A program made the translations under genes and the position numbers. The notes under the pieces are model-generated. The model was not told the origin of the DNA. It did not search any database and saw only the letters and a program-made list of their open reading frames with translations. Positions 54,439 to 64,000 of a stretch of 64,000 nucleotides of DNA are shown in pieces. Source of the DNA: an uncultured Candidatus Saccharibacteria bacterium (GTDB taxonomy: Bacteria; Patescibacteriota; Saccharimonadia; CAILAD01; GCA-016700035); the NCBI GenBank assembly GCA_964391595.1, contig CAYMMM010000001.1, positions 4,708-68,707 of the forward strand. Direction: 5' to 3'. Every line of letters starts with the position of its first letter. Position 1 is the stretch's first letter.

Positions 54439-56121
54439 ATGACCGATTCCGACAAAATGTTTGAGGGTGCGAGCGAGTACTCAGTTACGGCAGAGCTCAT
54501 AAGCCCCATTACGCTGCTGTCGGCCGCACTCTTGGCGATTGATTACATCCGCGGTATGACCTTTGCCACTTCGCCGCAGTTGGTGTTTATCTTCGTTGGG
54601 CTTCTGGTAGTTACATCTCTCGTACTTTTCATCCCCGCTTTAAAGTTTGGTAAGCGGCATGCCATCTATCTCATTATCTACCACATCACTCTAGCATTTG
54701 CGCTGATATTTATCGTCAATACTCAGTCGTATTATCTGCTGCTCTGGGTACTGCTAGCGTACATTACGAGCAATTATTATCAGGTTTGGGGCCTTACAAC
54801 CACGCTCGCGCTACTCTTAGTTGTGATGATCGCTAGTGTTAGCTATCAGGCGCATGGCCTCACAGTGACACATGTCCTCGATATTCTGCCGGCATACACC
54901 ATGGTGGCTGCGCTTTGCACTCTCCTTGCGCGCATTGGCCTAGGGAATCGCAAACAGCGACTTGCCATGAAGCAAAAAATCACACAGGCAGGATACGAGC
55001 ACGAACGCCTCATTGCCCTCATTAACTCAGTAAGTGAGGCGGTGATTGCAATCAATCAAGAGGGTCAGATTACTCTCTTTAATGCAGCTGCACTCGATCT
55101 GATTGACACAAATATGGAGCTTACGGGACAAGCTATAAACAACGTTCTGCGCTTGCGTGATGAGAAGAACAATGGCATTGATATGCTCAAGCTCATTCGA
55201 GATACCAAGTACATTCAACGACGAAGTGACTTGATCATGCCCGTTGGTAGCGATGACCACATTGCTCTTGATGTAAATATCAGCCGCGTGTCGATCACAG
55301 CACCGATGACGCAGAAGCAAGAAGGCTACATTCTCCTCCTGCGCGACATCACGCAAGAAAAGTCACTGGATGAAGAGCGCGAACTCTTCATATCCGAAGT
55401 GAGCCACGAATTACGTACTCCCCTCACGATCGCAGAAGCCAACGTGTCGATGGCAGAATTGTCTGCAGGAAAACCAGACATGGATCGAACGAAGCTCGTA
55501 GAGGTCATCGCAAAAGCCCATAAGCAGATACTCTTCCTTGCTGATATGGTTAATGATCTCTCCACCTTATCGCGGGCTCAAAGACCAGATGCTGAGATGG
55601 ACGTTGCCACGTTCCTAGTGCAAGAGGTTATTGATGAGCTCATACGTACGTATGCCCCGCAGGCTCAGAAGAAGAATCTCTACTTACATGCTCAAGTTGC
55701 ACCAGATTTGCCACAAGTAACGACCTCCAGGCTTTATTTCAAAGAAATCATGCAAAACTTCATCACGAATGCGATCAAATACACGCCTTCTGGAGGTGTG
55801 ACTGTGATCGCGCAGCTCGCCAATGATCATACACTGCAGATAGGTGTACGCGACACCGGTATTGGCATTTCGAAAAGTGAACTGAATAAAGTGTATGAGA
55901 AGTTCTGGCGCTCAGAGGATCCATATACGCGCCAGACAAGTGGCACCGGTCTTGGTCTCTTCATCACTGCAAAGCTCGCAAAACGCATTGGTGCACAACT
56001 GAATCTCGAGAGTGAGCTCAAGAAGGGATCGACTTTCAGCCTGCTCTTACCTGTTGTTGCCGTTAAGGATGTAGACGTCAAGAACTTGGTTAAAGAAGAA
56101 GTTCAACACCTCTATGAGTAG
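54439..56121 (+). CDS. Membrane PAS sensor histidine kinase
   Basis: ~6 TMs, PAS, SHELRTPL, NFITNA, DTGIGI, GTGLGL. Confidence 0.93.
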   Translation: MTDSDKMFEGASEYSVTAELISPITLLSAALLAIDYIRGMTFATSPQLVFIFVGLLVVTSLVLFIPALKFGKRHAIYLIIYHITLAFALIFIVNTQSYYLLLWVLLAYITSNYYQVWGLTTTLALLLVVMIASVSYQAHGLTVTHVLDILPAYTMVAALCTLLARIGLGNRKQRLAMKQKITQAGYEHERLIALINSVSEAVIAINQEGQITLFNAAALDLIDTNMELTGQAINNVLRLRDEKNNGIDMLKLIRDTKYIQRRSDLIMPVGSDDHIALDVNISRVSITAPMTQKQEGYILLLRDITQEKSLDEERELFISEVSHELRTPLTIAEANVSMAELSAGKPDMDRTKLVEVIAKAHKQILFLADMVNDLSTLSRAQRPDAEMDVATFLVQEVIDELIRTYAPQAQKKNLYLHAQVAPDLPQVTTSRLYFKEIMQNFITNAIKYTPSGGVTVIAQLANDHTLQIGVRDTGIGISKSELNKVYEKFWRSEDPYTRQTSGTGLGLFITAKLAKRIGAQLNLESELKKGSTFSLLLPVVAVKDVDVKNLVKEEVQHLYE

Positions 56122-56140
56122 CCTGCACTTGCCGCAAGAT

Positions 56141-56869
56141 CTATGATTTTGCGATAGTCTGTGACTCTTTGCGGCGTATAGCACTGGCAACAAGTAGCAA
56201 GAATGCGAGCAATAAGAAGCCGATAATCATCGATGCGGTATATCCGTACGACTGCATGTCAAATGACAAGATTGGCTGGGATACAAACAGAGCTCCGACT
56301 ATTCCGAAAAATGCAGCGAAGGCTAGGAGTCTCCATTTGAGACCGGATGAGTTTGGTAATTTGAAAGCTTGCTTGCCGAAGTGAATGGCAATAATGATCA
56401 GAGATAGAAAATCTACCGCCGTAGCCACAGCGTACGAAAACGGGTAAGCAAAATCGAGAAAAGCATGGCCATTTTTCATAATTATCTGTGTATTGTATGG
56501 GATATTTGCCAGATATGAGGTACTTGCGCAAACACCAGCTAAGATAGTTGCGGCTAGAATTGCCGCCAACTCTAATGGCTTATTACCGCTGAGGTAGATC
56601 CGAATCACGATAAGCCATATCAGATACAATGAGAAATATTGGAAGAGGTCACCGATAAATATTGCCTTACCTATCAAACTACCATCTGTCGTGAAGGTTA
56701 CGGGTATGACATAAATTGTCAGTGCTGCTGCCATCAAGAACCCGGCAACAGATAAGTTTTTGGTTATCTGGTTTGGGCGTTTTTTTGCAGACCGCCATCC
56801 ACTAACTCCAAGAAGTAGCATTACCGGTATACCTACATACCATTGGAGGACATTTGTGGGAATCTGCAT
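56141..56869 (-). CDS. 7-TM membrane protein
   Basis: Seven hydrophobic segments; TATACT just upstream of ATG 56869. Confidence 0.65.
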   Translation of the reverse strand: MQIPTNVLQWYVGIPVMLLLGVSGWRSAKKRPNQITKNLSVAGFLMAAALTIYVIPVTFTTDGSLIGKAIFIGDLFQYFSLYLIWLIVIRIYLSGNKPLELAAILAATILAGVCASTSYLANIPYNTQIIMKNGHAFLDFAYPFSYAVATAVDFLSLIIIAIHFGKQAFKLPNSSGLKWRLLAFAAFFGIVGALFVSQPILSFDMQSYGYTASMIIGFLLLAFLLLVASAIRRKESQTIAKS

Positions 56870-56947
56870 GATAGCTCTAGTATATCGCAAGGACAAGGAA
56901 TCAAAAAGCTCACGCTTATGTACGTGAGCAATATATCTTGCATTATC

Positions 56948-57023
56948 TGGAGCCCGCGAGAGGAATCGAACCCCCAACCTACGGTTTACAAAACCGTTGC
57001 TCTGCCAATTGAGCTACGCGGGC
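56948..57023 (-). tRNA. tRNA-Thr (TGT)
   Basis: Cloverleaf, loop TTTGTAA, CCA end. Confidence 0.96.
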
Positions 57024-57093
57024 AAAAAATACGCTATCACTTACTACTGATGCACTTAATTAGGAGATCACGTAGCCGGCACATTATCTCATA

Positions 57094-57612
57094 TTATCTC
57101 ACTTTCGACCACATTTTCGCCGCCAACATGAGGATCATATACTCGTGCCCAGAAGTCATCTCATCAATAGATAATTCGCTCGGAAACTTCCAGATAAACC
57201 GCGATACTTCATCGGAGGCTCTAAAATCTCGATTCTGTAAGGTACTGTAGAAAAGGAAACCCAGTCTTTGTCTCGGGTCTCCTTCCTCGGCATGATTATC
57301 TGACCGACTCCCTACATACTTTAGTTCGCTATAATCATCTTGTTTTAGGCCAAGCTCCTCACGTATTTCACGCTGTGCAGCATCCTCAATTGTCTCCTCA
57401 AGATCAACGAAACCACCAGGGAGATTGAGTTTGCCTTTGCAGGGTGAGTTCTTTCGCACACCAAGCAGTACTTTGCCCGCTTCATCGAAGAATGCAACGT
57501 CTACTGTTGGTATAGGGTTTGCAAACTGGTGTCGCCCGCATGATGAGCACTTCCAATGCAGGTTGGTTTCTATAGAGAGCAATTTGCTTCCGCAGCGTGA
57601 GCAGTAATTCAT
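57094..57612 (-). CDS. NUDIX hydrolase with N-terminal Zn ribbon
   Basis: CSRCG...CSSCG, LPGGFVDLEETIEDAAQREIREELG. Confidence 0.92.
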   Translation of the reverse strand: MNYCSRCGSKLLSIETNLHWKCSSCGRHQFANPIPTVDVAFFDEAGKVLLGVRKNSPCKGKLNLPGGFVDLEETIEDAAQREIREELGLKQDDYSELKYVGSRSDNHAEEGDPRQRLGFLFYSTLQNRDFRASDEVSRFIWKFPSELSIDEMTSGHEYMILMLAAKMWSKVR

Positions 57613-57623
57613 AAATTAATTGA

Positions 57624-57710
57624 TGGTGCAGGGGGAGGGATTCGAACCCCCGAAGGCATAAAGCCGACAGATTTACAGTCTGTTGCGTTTGACCGCTTCG
57701 CTACCCCTGC
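57624..57710 (-). tRNA. tRNA-Tyr (GTA)
   Basis: Long variable arm, loop CTGTAAA, CCA end. Confidence 0.96.
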
Positions 57711-57722
57711 ATAGTTGTGTTC

Positions 57723-57797
<75 letters not shown>

Positions 57798-57860
57798 ATC
57801 ATTTGCTCCGACAATTCTACGTATTTGTATGTCAAACTACACCAAGAAAGCTTACCATTT

Positions 57861-58499
57861 TTACGTCTTTCTTTCAATAATTTGTTGCCTCCACGAAGCA
57901 GCTTGTTGTGGCTGATTATGATCGCTGTACCAGTGGACTATTGCTTGCACTATGGATGCATCATTTTTATCAAGCTCATGGGCCGCAAGTAAGGCCTCCA
58001 GTTGCTTCTGTGGCTGATTCCTGAGCCCGTACAGCTTGCTTATGGCAATGAAGCGAGCAAGTGTAGGCTCAAGCTCAATCGCCTGCTCCATAGCCTGTAT
58101 GGACGTATCGAATTGGCGCGTGTGATACAGTATAGTGCTGTAATTATGAAGATCGGCGGCAGTAGTTTCGCGCTGCATAACAAGCTCAAGGCATTCTTGT
58201 GCATCTCCGTAATTTCGCGAATATGAATATATCATCGCCAGTCTACGGTATGCGGTGAGGTTTTTGTGATCGAGCTTCAGTACGCGTAAAAACGCTTTTT
58301 CGGCCGGGCCCCACTTACGCTCTTTATAATATCGCTCAGCTGTTTCGATAAGCCGACCCAACTCCGATTCATGCGTCACTATCGAGTTATCAGCCCCGGC
58401 ATTGAGAAAATGAGCTAGTTGATTATACGAGCTACGTGATAGCCTCCAGCTGATGAAGCCAAACACAACAAATACTAGTATTGGGAGCATTAAGGTCAT
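57861..58499 (-). CDS. Membrane-anchored TPR protein
   Basis: N-terminal TM, TPR-like helices (AEKAFLRVLKLD, AMEQAIELEP). Confidence 0.8.
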   Translation of the reverse strand: MTLMLPILVFVVFGFISWRLSRSSYNQLAHFLNAGADNSIVTHESELGRLIETAERYYKERKWGPAEKAFLRVLKLDHKNLTAYRRLAMIYSYSRNYGDAQECLELVMQRETTAADLHNYSTILYHTRQFDTSIQAMEQAIELEPTLARFIAISKLYGLRNQPQKQLEALLAAHELDKNDASIVQAIVHWYSDHNQPQQAASWRQQIIERKT

Positions 58500-59134
58500 G
58501 CACGACCCTCCTGTGCAGCATGGACCGCCCAAGCTTCAAGTAAGAGACGATAATTTGGCACATTCTGGACGTACTGATCATAATGAGTCAGCCACTTAAG
58601 CTCAGCAAAACGTTTTTCGTGACGCAAACTTAGTACAAGATCATGATAAGCCGTAGCAAGCGACTGTGCTTCGTGCAGCATTGTTATGAGTGATAGTCGC
58701 TCGCCAACAGTCTTCGCTTCCACAAGTATCGATGGCTCATAGTTTTCTGCCGCAGGCTTGACGGTACGTATAGCTGTCCGCGATCGGATCGTGGGCAGTA
58801 AGTTTGCGGCAGAACGTGCAGTGAGCAAAAACGTCGATCGTGGCGGTGGCTCTTCAAGAAGCTTCAAGAGTGCGTTTGCAGCTTCTTTGTTCATCGTATC
58901 AGCCTGGAAGATCACGACCCAGCGCTGCTGATCTGAAGCCGTCGTAAGTGCGAGATCCGATATTACATCAAGGATTTGCTTGCGAATGATCTTATTATTC
59001 TCGGGGCGAACAATGCGCACATGTGGGTGCGTAAGGGCACTATCAGGAGGACAACTCAAGACATCGGCAATATGCTCAGCAATGATGTGCTCGACAGCGT
59101 TAGTATTTATTCCGGTGTATGTAATCGCATGCAT
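58496..59134 (-). CDS. holB: DNA polymerase III delta prime, short form
   Basis: ADTMNKEAANALLKLLEEPP, LLPTIRSR. Confidence 0.85.
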   Translation of the reverse strand: MHAITYTGINTNAVEHIIAEHIADVLSCPPDSALTHPHVRIVRPENNKIIRKQILDVISDLALTTASDQQRWVVIFQADTMNKEAANALLKLLEEPPPRSTFLLTARSAANLLPTIRSRTAIRTVKPAAENYEPSILVEAKTVGERLSLITMLHEAQSLATAYHDLVLSLRHEKRFAELKWLTHYDQYVQNVPNYRLLLEAWAVHAAQEGRA

Positions 59135-59164
59135 TGTTTTACGACGTAATGAGTAATGTTTCCT

Positions 59165-60082
59165 CTATTGTACCTGGTAATCAATATGAAAGTCTGCAAG
59201 TACAGACATAAAGTCTTCTCCCGGAGGTACAACAAAGGTTTGTATTTTGCCATTTGGTAAAGGCAGCTTCAGACTATAGGCATGAAGCATAAGCCGATAC
59301 CTCTTGTTTTCGCGCTGCCCATACATATCATCACCGACAATGGGATGTTGCAGCGCGGCAAGATGCACGCGAATCTGATGTGTGCGCCCAGTTGTCGGTC
59401 GCGCGAGTACAAGTGACGCTGCATCATTGCCCGTTAGATTTTGGATGTATGTCTCAGATGGCTTGCCAAGTGGGTCTACTTCCATCTGAGTTGCTTTGCG
59501 CGTTGAGCGAGATAATCCAAAATGTATTCGTTGGACACCGATGCTAACCTGTCCATGAACGAGGGCGAAGTATTCTTTGGTTACTGCTCGAGCCTTGAAG
59601 GCAGCTTGGAGAGATTGCTTGGCCGATTGATGCTTGGCTATGATCATAACGCCCGAGGTGTCCTTATCAAGACGATGTACGATGCCAGGGCGAATATTAT
59701 CCATATCTTGCACACGCGCAAGCATGCTGCCGGATACACTGGGCTCATGCGAGCCAAGCTTAGGATGCGTAATCAACCCTGAAGGTTTGTTGATAACCAA
59801 TACATCATCATCCTCATAGATAATTGGGATTTCGCTGGCGCTGGCGATCTGCTCGATACTTTGCCGATCTGGCTCACCTTCAACCACGAGCTGTTCACCG
59901 CCATGCAAAAGCTGGCTAGGTTTTACTACGCGCCCATCAACAGCTACCTTGCCTGCCTTCAGGTGCTTCTGCCACGCCGTCCGAGTAAAGTCTGGTCGAA
60001 GCTGATAAAGAGCACTGTCAATGCGTACGCCAGACATCTCCTCGCCCACCTCGATGATCGATCCCCCTCGCTCAGGTTTCAT
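59165..60082 (-). CDS. RluA/RluD family pseudouridine synthase
   Basis: S4 domain, INKPSGL, VHRLDKDTSG, TGRTHQIRVH, PIVGD. Confidence 0.95.
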   Translation of the reverse strand: MKPERGGSIIEVGEEMSGVRIDSALYQLRPDFTRTAWQKHLKAGKVAVDGRVVKPSQLLHGGEQLVVEGEPDRQSIEQIASASEIPIIYEDDDVLVINKPSGLITHPKLGSHEPSVSGSMLARVQDMDNIRPGIVHRLDKDTSGVMIIAKHQSAKQSLQAAFKARAVTKEYFALVHGQVSIGVQRIHFGLSRSTRKATQMEVDPLGKPSETYIQNLTGNDAASLVLARPTTGRTHQIRVHLAALQHPIVGDDMYGQRENKRYRLMLHAYSLKLPLPNGKIQTFVVPPGEDFMSVLADFHIDYQVQ

Positions 60083-61063
60083 CTAGACGAGCTCGTGCAC
60101 TTGCTTGAGTTGCTCGTGCGTACCCATGACAACCAAGCGGTCACCAGCATATACGGTCTCGTTTCCAGACGGATTGACTTTACTCATTCCGTCGGCAGCA
60201 TTGAGCGCAAGTACGGTCGCCCCGACACGCTCATGGTAGAGGTCATTGAGTGATTTACCGGCCATCTTGCTATGATGTGGTACATGAATTTCCTCGACGT
60301 GCAGCTCACTATTATCATTTGATGAGAGTACTTCCAGAAAATCAACCGCGTTTGGTCGGGTGAGCATGGTTGCCATATGGTATGCGCCGATTTGATATGG
60401 AAGAGCTGTCCTGTCAGCACCCGCGCGTTGCATGCGCTGACGATTTTCTTCTCGATTCACTCTCGAAACTATAAATATGTCTGGGTTGAGCTGTCTGCTT
60501 GCTAGGGTTACAAACAGGTTTGTACTGTCGTCTCCAAGCGAGGCGACGATCCCCCGTGCGCGCTCAATGCCCACAGCTTTTAATACTTCCTCGTCTGACG
60601 AATCTCCCAGCAATGCTATGTGTCCTTTTGCGATAGCTTGCTTAACGCGCTCTTCATTCGTATCAAGCGCAACATACGTGATGCCTTCATCACGCAATTC
60701 TTCAGCTACCTGTGCACCAACTCTGCCGAGTCCACAGACAATATAGTGCTGTTTCATTTTCGCTACTTTGCTACGCATTTGATGTCGTTTGAGTCCGTCT
60801 CCTAACCCTACTATATAGTCTGCCAAAACCTTAAGCAAATATGCCACAACAACTATCGAGCTCATCACGAGCACCACTACCAAGACTCTACTAGCCGGAT
60901 CTTTAAAGCCATGGTGATCGAAATGACTCAATAAAATCATTATTGTTTCATAGAATGACTCCCAAGGAGTGAGATCGGAGGTAATAGTAAAGCCTATCGT
61001 GCCGCCAGCGATGAGGAGGCATGTAAAGAGGAAGATCTTGCGGATAAGTTTGCTATCAACCAT
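60083..61063 (-). CDS. TrkA/RCK-gated 2-TM channel
   Basis: 2 TMs, HYIVCGLGRVG RCK_N, RCK_C; pore motif atypical. Confidence 0.85.
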   Translation of the reverse strand: MVDSKLIRKIFLFTCLLIAGGTIGFTITSDLTPWESFYETIMILLSHFDHHGFKDPASRVLVVVLVMSSIVVVAYLLKVLADYIVGLGDGLKRHQMRSKVAKMKQHYIVCGLGRVGAQVAEELRDEGITYVALDTNEERVKQAIAKGHIALLGDSSDEEVLKAVGIERARGIVASLGDDSTNLFVTLASRQLNPDIFIVSRVNREENRQRMQRAGADRTALPYQIGAYHMATMLTRPNAVDFLEVLSSNDNSELHVEEIHVPHHSKMAGKSLNDLYHERVGATVLALNAADGMSKVNPSGNETVYAGDRLVVMGTHEQLKQVHELV

Positions 61064-61153
61064 AAGCGCTTCATTGTATTATACCTGGTTTGATTGTGGG
61101 CGCCTAACAAATATAGCCCCGAATGAGGCTTTATTTGTTTATCGTCTGCAAGA

Positions 61154-61555
61154 CTAGCGTTTTGAGAACTGAGGGGCTTTACGCGCTTTCTTAAGCCCGT
61201 ATTTCTTGCGTTCTTTTTCGCGCGGATCACGAGTGAGATGGCCGGCCTTCTTGAGGCTGAGGCGAAAATCATCGCTCATTTCTACGAGCGCACGAGCTAT
61301 GCCGAGACGAATTGCGTCGACTTGTCCGCGCTTCCCCCCGCCTTCAACACGAATGATAGCATCGAGCTGGCTTTGCTTGCTCACTTGCTCGAGTGGTGAA
61401 GCCATGAGCTTAATGAGCGTGTCGTTATTGAAGTACTCACCAGCCGGAATAGTATTTACAGTGATTGCGCCCTTGCCAGGCATGAGTCGCACAGTTGCGA
61501 CGGCGGCCTTGCGACGACCAACGGCATAATAATACTGTTTCTTGGTTTCAGCCAT
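61154..61555 (-). CDS. rpsI: 30S ribosomal protein S9
   Basis: GRRKAAVA, ERKKYGLKKARKAPQFSKR. Confidence 0.98.
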   Translation of the reverse strand: MAETKKQYYYAVGRRKAAVATVRLMPGKGAITVNTIPAGEYFNNDTLIKLMASPLEQVSKQSQLDAIIRVEGGGKRGQVDAIRLGIARALVEMSDDFRLSLKKAGHLTRDPREKERKKYGLKKARKAPQFSKR

Positions 61556-61557
61556 AC

Positions 61558-62010
61558 TTATTTGACCTTCCATTCTTTAGGTTGCTGAGCAGTATGTGGG
61601 TGTTCGCTGCCAGCATGAATATGCAAGCGTCCAAGCATATGGCGAGCGAGCTTATTCTTGGGGAGCATGCCTTTTACTGCAGTCTGCAACACGCGCTCTG
61701 GGTGCTTCTCGAGCTGTTCTTGCAGTGAGACTTCTTTAATGCCGCCCGGATATCCGCTGTGTCGATAGTATTTCTTGTCAACCAACTTATTGCCTGTGAC
61801 AGCAACTTTCTCAGCGTTAATCACGATAACGCAGTCACCTACTAGTGCATGTGGACTGTATTGTGGTTTGTCTTTGCCCATAAGCTTCATGGCAATCTGA
61901 GTAGCAAGACGACCAAGCACTACATCTGTAGCGTCGACAATATACCAGTCAGGCTTCACTTCAAGTGGCTTCGGCACGTATGAGCGGTTATCTTTGGTGA
62001 TCAAGCTCAT
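61558..62010 (-). CDS. rplM: 50S ribosomal protein L13
   Basis: WYIVDA, LGRLA, HSGYPGG, GMLPKN. Confidence 0.98.
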   Translation of the reverse strand: MSLITKDNRSYVPKPLEVKPDWYIVDATDVVLGRLATQIAMKLMGKDKPQYSPHALVGDCVIVINAEKVAVTGNKLVDKKYYRHSGYPGGIKEVSLQEQLEKHPERVLQTAVKGMLPKNKLARHMLGRLHIHAGSEHPHTAQQPKEWKVK

Positions 62011-62480
62011 TGTTTTTTCTCCTTAGCCGTTTCTTTTGCGACAGGCTTAGCTGTTTTTTTAGTATCTTTAGCGACAGCGACTTTTTCGGCTTGGATTTTC
62101 TTAATTTTATCCTCAAAATCGTCATCCAAGAGTAAGCTAACCTTAACCATCGGGGCTGCGTCACCTCGACGATATCCTGTTGCTATTAAGCTAGTGTACC
62201 CAGAGGGCCGACTCTGAAATCCATGAACGAGTTCTTGAGTCAACTTCTCAGCCGCGACCTTTGAACCAAGATCAGCATGGATGCGACGGATATCATGTAG
62301 TCCACCGCGCTTTGCACGCGTGACAAGACGATCAAAGACTGGCTTAATCGCCTTTGCTTTTGACTCGGTCGTTTCTATTGACTCATAGAGTACGAGTGAT
62401 TCGAGTAAACCCTTGATCACCGCTGATCGTGGGCCGATCTTGCGTGAGAGCTTAGAGGTTGTGTGGTAGTGAGCGTGCAT
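62007..62480 (-). CDS. rplQ: 50S ribosomal protein L17
   Basis: IETTESKAK, GYT, RRGDAAPM. Confidence 0.95.
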   Translation of the reverse strand: MHAHYHTTSKLSRKIGPRSAVIKGLLESLVLYESIETTESKAKAIKPVFDRLVTRAKRGGLHDIRRIHADLGSKVAAEKLTQELVHGFQSRPSGYTSLIATGYRRGDAAPMVKVSLLLDDDFEDKIKKIQAEKVAVAKDTKKTAKPVAKETAKEKKQ

Positions 62481-62504
62481 ACGATTTATTCCTTCGAGCC
62501 TAGC

Positions 62505-63446
62505 CTATTCGGCGAGCGCAATCCCCATTTCTTCGAGTTTTTCGAGGACTTCTTCAAAAGCTTTTTGACCAAAGCCCTTGAGAGACTTGATGTCGCCCTT
62601 AGAAAGCTGTGTCAGATCACTGACAGTGAGAATGTCGTTATTGATGAGGGCATTGGTAGTGCGTTGGCTCATCGAGAGTTCTTCGATGGCGATCTGTCCG
62701 TGCTCAGCTTCCGCCTTTGCTTCGGCAGTCATGATGCCTTCAACACCGACCGACACTACGTTCATGCCAGCCAACACCTGGAAGTGTCCGACGAGGATCT
62801 GTGCTGTCTGCTGCATAGCGTCGGCAGGAGTAACGCTACCGTCAGTCTCAACTTCCATGACAAGACTGTCAAGGTTGGTCATCTGACCTACACGAGTGTT
62901 TTCGATGTCAAAACGTACACGCTTAATTGGTGTATAGATTGCATCGACTGCAATGTAGCCGATTGGCAGCTTTTCAGAACCACGAGTTTCTACGGGGCTG
63001 TATCCACGCCCTTGCTCAACGCGCAATTCAATTTCGATTTTGCCCTTGGCATCATCGATATAGCAGAGTTCGAGATCCTTATTGATCACTTTCACTTCAT
63101 CAGATTCTTTGATGTCACCAGCGGTAACCATGCCTTTACCTGATTTACTGAGGGTAATGAATGCTGCTTCTTCACCGTGATAAGAAACTTTGAGCTGTTT
63201 GATATTTAGAATCAAAGTGATGACATCTTCTCGGATGCCCTTGATGGTAGTAAACTCGTGGTCTACTCCCTCGATCTTAACTGCAGTTACGGCTGCACCT
63301 GCCAAGCTTGACAGTAAGACGCGGCGCATAGAGTTGCCGATAGTCATACCATAGCCTGGGTACAGAGGTTCTACAGTGAAGCGGCTCGCTACTTCTGAGA
63401 GCTGCTCCTCTTTCATTTCTGGTAGGTTAATGTCGTAAAGCGCCAT
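62505..63446 (-). CDS. rpoA: RNA polymerase alpha subunit
   Basis: EPLYPGYGMTIGNSMRRVLLSS, HEFTTIKGIRED, alpha-CTD. Confidence 0.98.
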   Translation of the reverse strand: MALYDINLPEMKEEQLSEVASRFTVEPLYPGYGMTIGNSMRRVLLSSLAGAAVTAVKIEGVDHEFTTIKGIREDVITLILNIKQLKVSYHGEEAAFITLSKSGKGMVTAGDIKESDEVKVINKDLELCYIDDAKGKIEIELRVEQGRGYSPVETRGSEKLPIGYIAVDAIYTPIKRVRFDIENTRVGQMTNLDSLVMEVETDGSVTPADAMQQTAQILVGHFQVLAGMNVVSVGVEGIMTAEAKAEAEHGQIAIEELSMSQRTTNALINNDILTVSDLTQLSKGDIKSLKGFGQKAFEEVLEKLEEMGIALAE

Positions 63447-63468
63447 GATAACTCCTCATTAGTTTGGT

Positions 63469-64000
63469 TTAACGCGAGTAGAACTCGATGATTAATTGCT
63501 CTTCGATGAAATTGTCGCTATCCTCGCGCAATGGCAAGCTAGTAACAGTTCCGGTTAATTTCTTGGGGTCTAACGTAAGCCAGCTAGGCATTTCTTGCCC
63601 TTTTAGGGCTTCTGCGCGTTCCGTAAAGTATGCATTCTTTTGGCTGGATGGCTTGATTGAAATCTCATCCCCTACCTTGACGGCCGCTGACGGGATGTTG
63701 ATTTTCTTCCCATTCAAGCGAATATGTGCGTGACTTACGAGCTGACGGGCCGCTTGGCGAGATGGCGCGAAGCCAAGGCGGTACACGGCATTATCGAGTC
63801 GTAGCTCGAGAAGCCGTAAGAGATTCTCACCAGCGACACCTTCGCGACGGATCGCTTCTGTCACGTAGCGACGGAATTGCTTCTCCATTACTACGTATAG
63901 TCGCTTCACTTTTTGTTTTTCTCGCAACTGAACTGCATAGTCAGATGGTTTCGGACGCCGTGCCTGACCATGCTGGCCTGGAGCAAAGTTACGACGAGTG
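63469..64000 (-). CDS. rpsD: 30S ribosomal protein S4, 5' end beyond the window
   Basis: PGQHG, LREKQKVKR, LELRLDNAVYRLG, IIEFYSR. Confidence 0.97.
   Translation of the reverse strand, partial: TRRNFAPGQHGQARRPKPSDYAVQLREKQKVKRLYVVMEKQFRRYVTEAIRREGVAGENLLRLLELRLDNAVYRLGFAPSRQAARQLVSHAHIRLNGKKINIPSAAVKVGDEISIKPSSQKNAYFTERAEALKGQEMPSWLTLDPKKLTGTVTSLPLREDSDNFIEEQLIIEFYSR

Overview
Reduced-genome bacterium, most consistent with Patescibacteria/CPR (possibly Saccharimonadia; inferred from gene content, not tested), using genetic code 11. Core clusters lie at both ends: dnaB-dnaX and rplL-rplJ-rplA-rplK-nusG-secE on the left; tRNAs, holB, an RluA-family synthase and rpsI-rplM-rplQ-rpoA-rpsD on the right. 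About 42 kb of accessory genes lie between them. Highlights: (1) at 51.75-52.56 kb a GC-rich, actinobacterial-looking small gene sits inside a minus-strand RNA whose 5' and 3' UTRs pair (perfect 18-bp inverted repeat plus nested helices) and which ends in a complete type III hammerhead ribozyme; (2) a probably leaderless Tyr-rich leader peptide with protector, antiterminator and terminator precedes a phenylalanine 4-hydroxylase; (3) a C50 carotenoid cluster (crtI/E/B, crtYe/Yf-like, crtEb fused to a GT2) is driven from a 25-bp bidirectional promoter; (4) a GC-rich dcd-tmk-thyX island splits rplA from rplJ; (5) a signalling island next to tRNA-Trp holds a PAS kinase, an FNR-like reductase, a BcsA-like synthase and five stand-alone receivers. 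All calls come from reading the sequence; no searches or folding programs were run.
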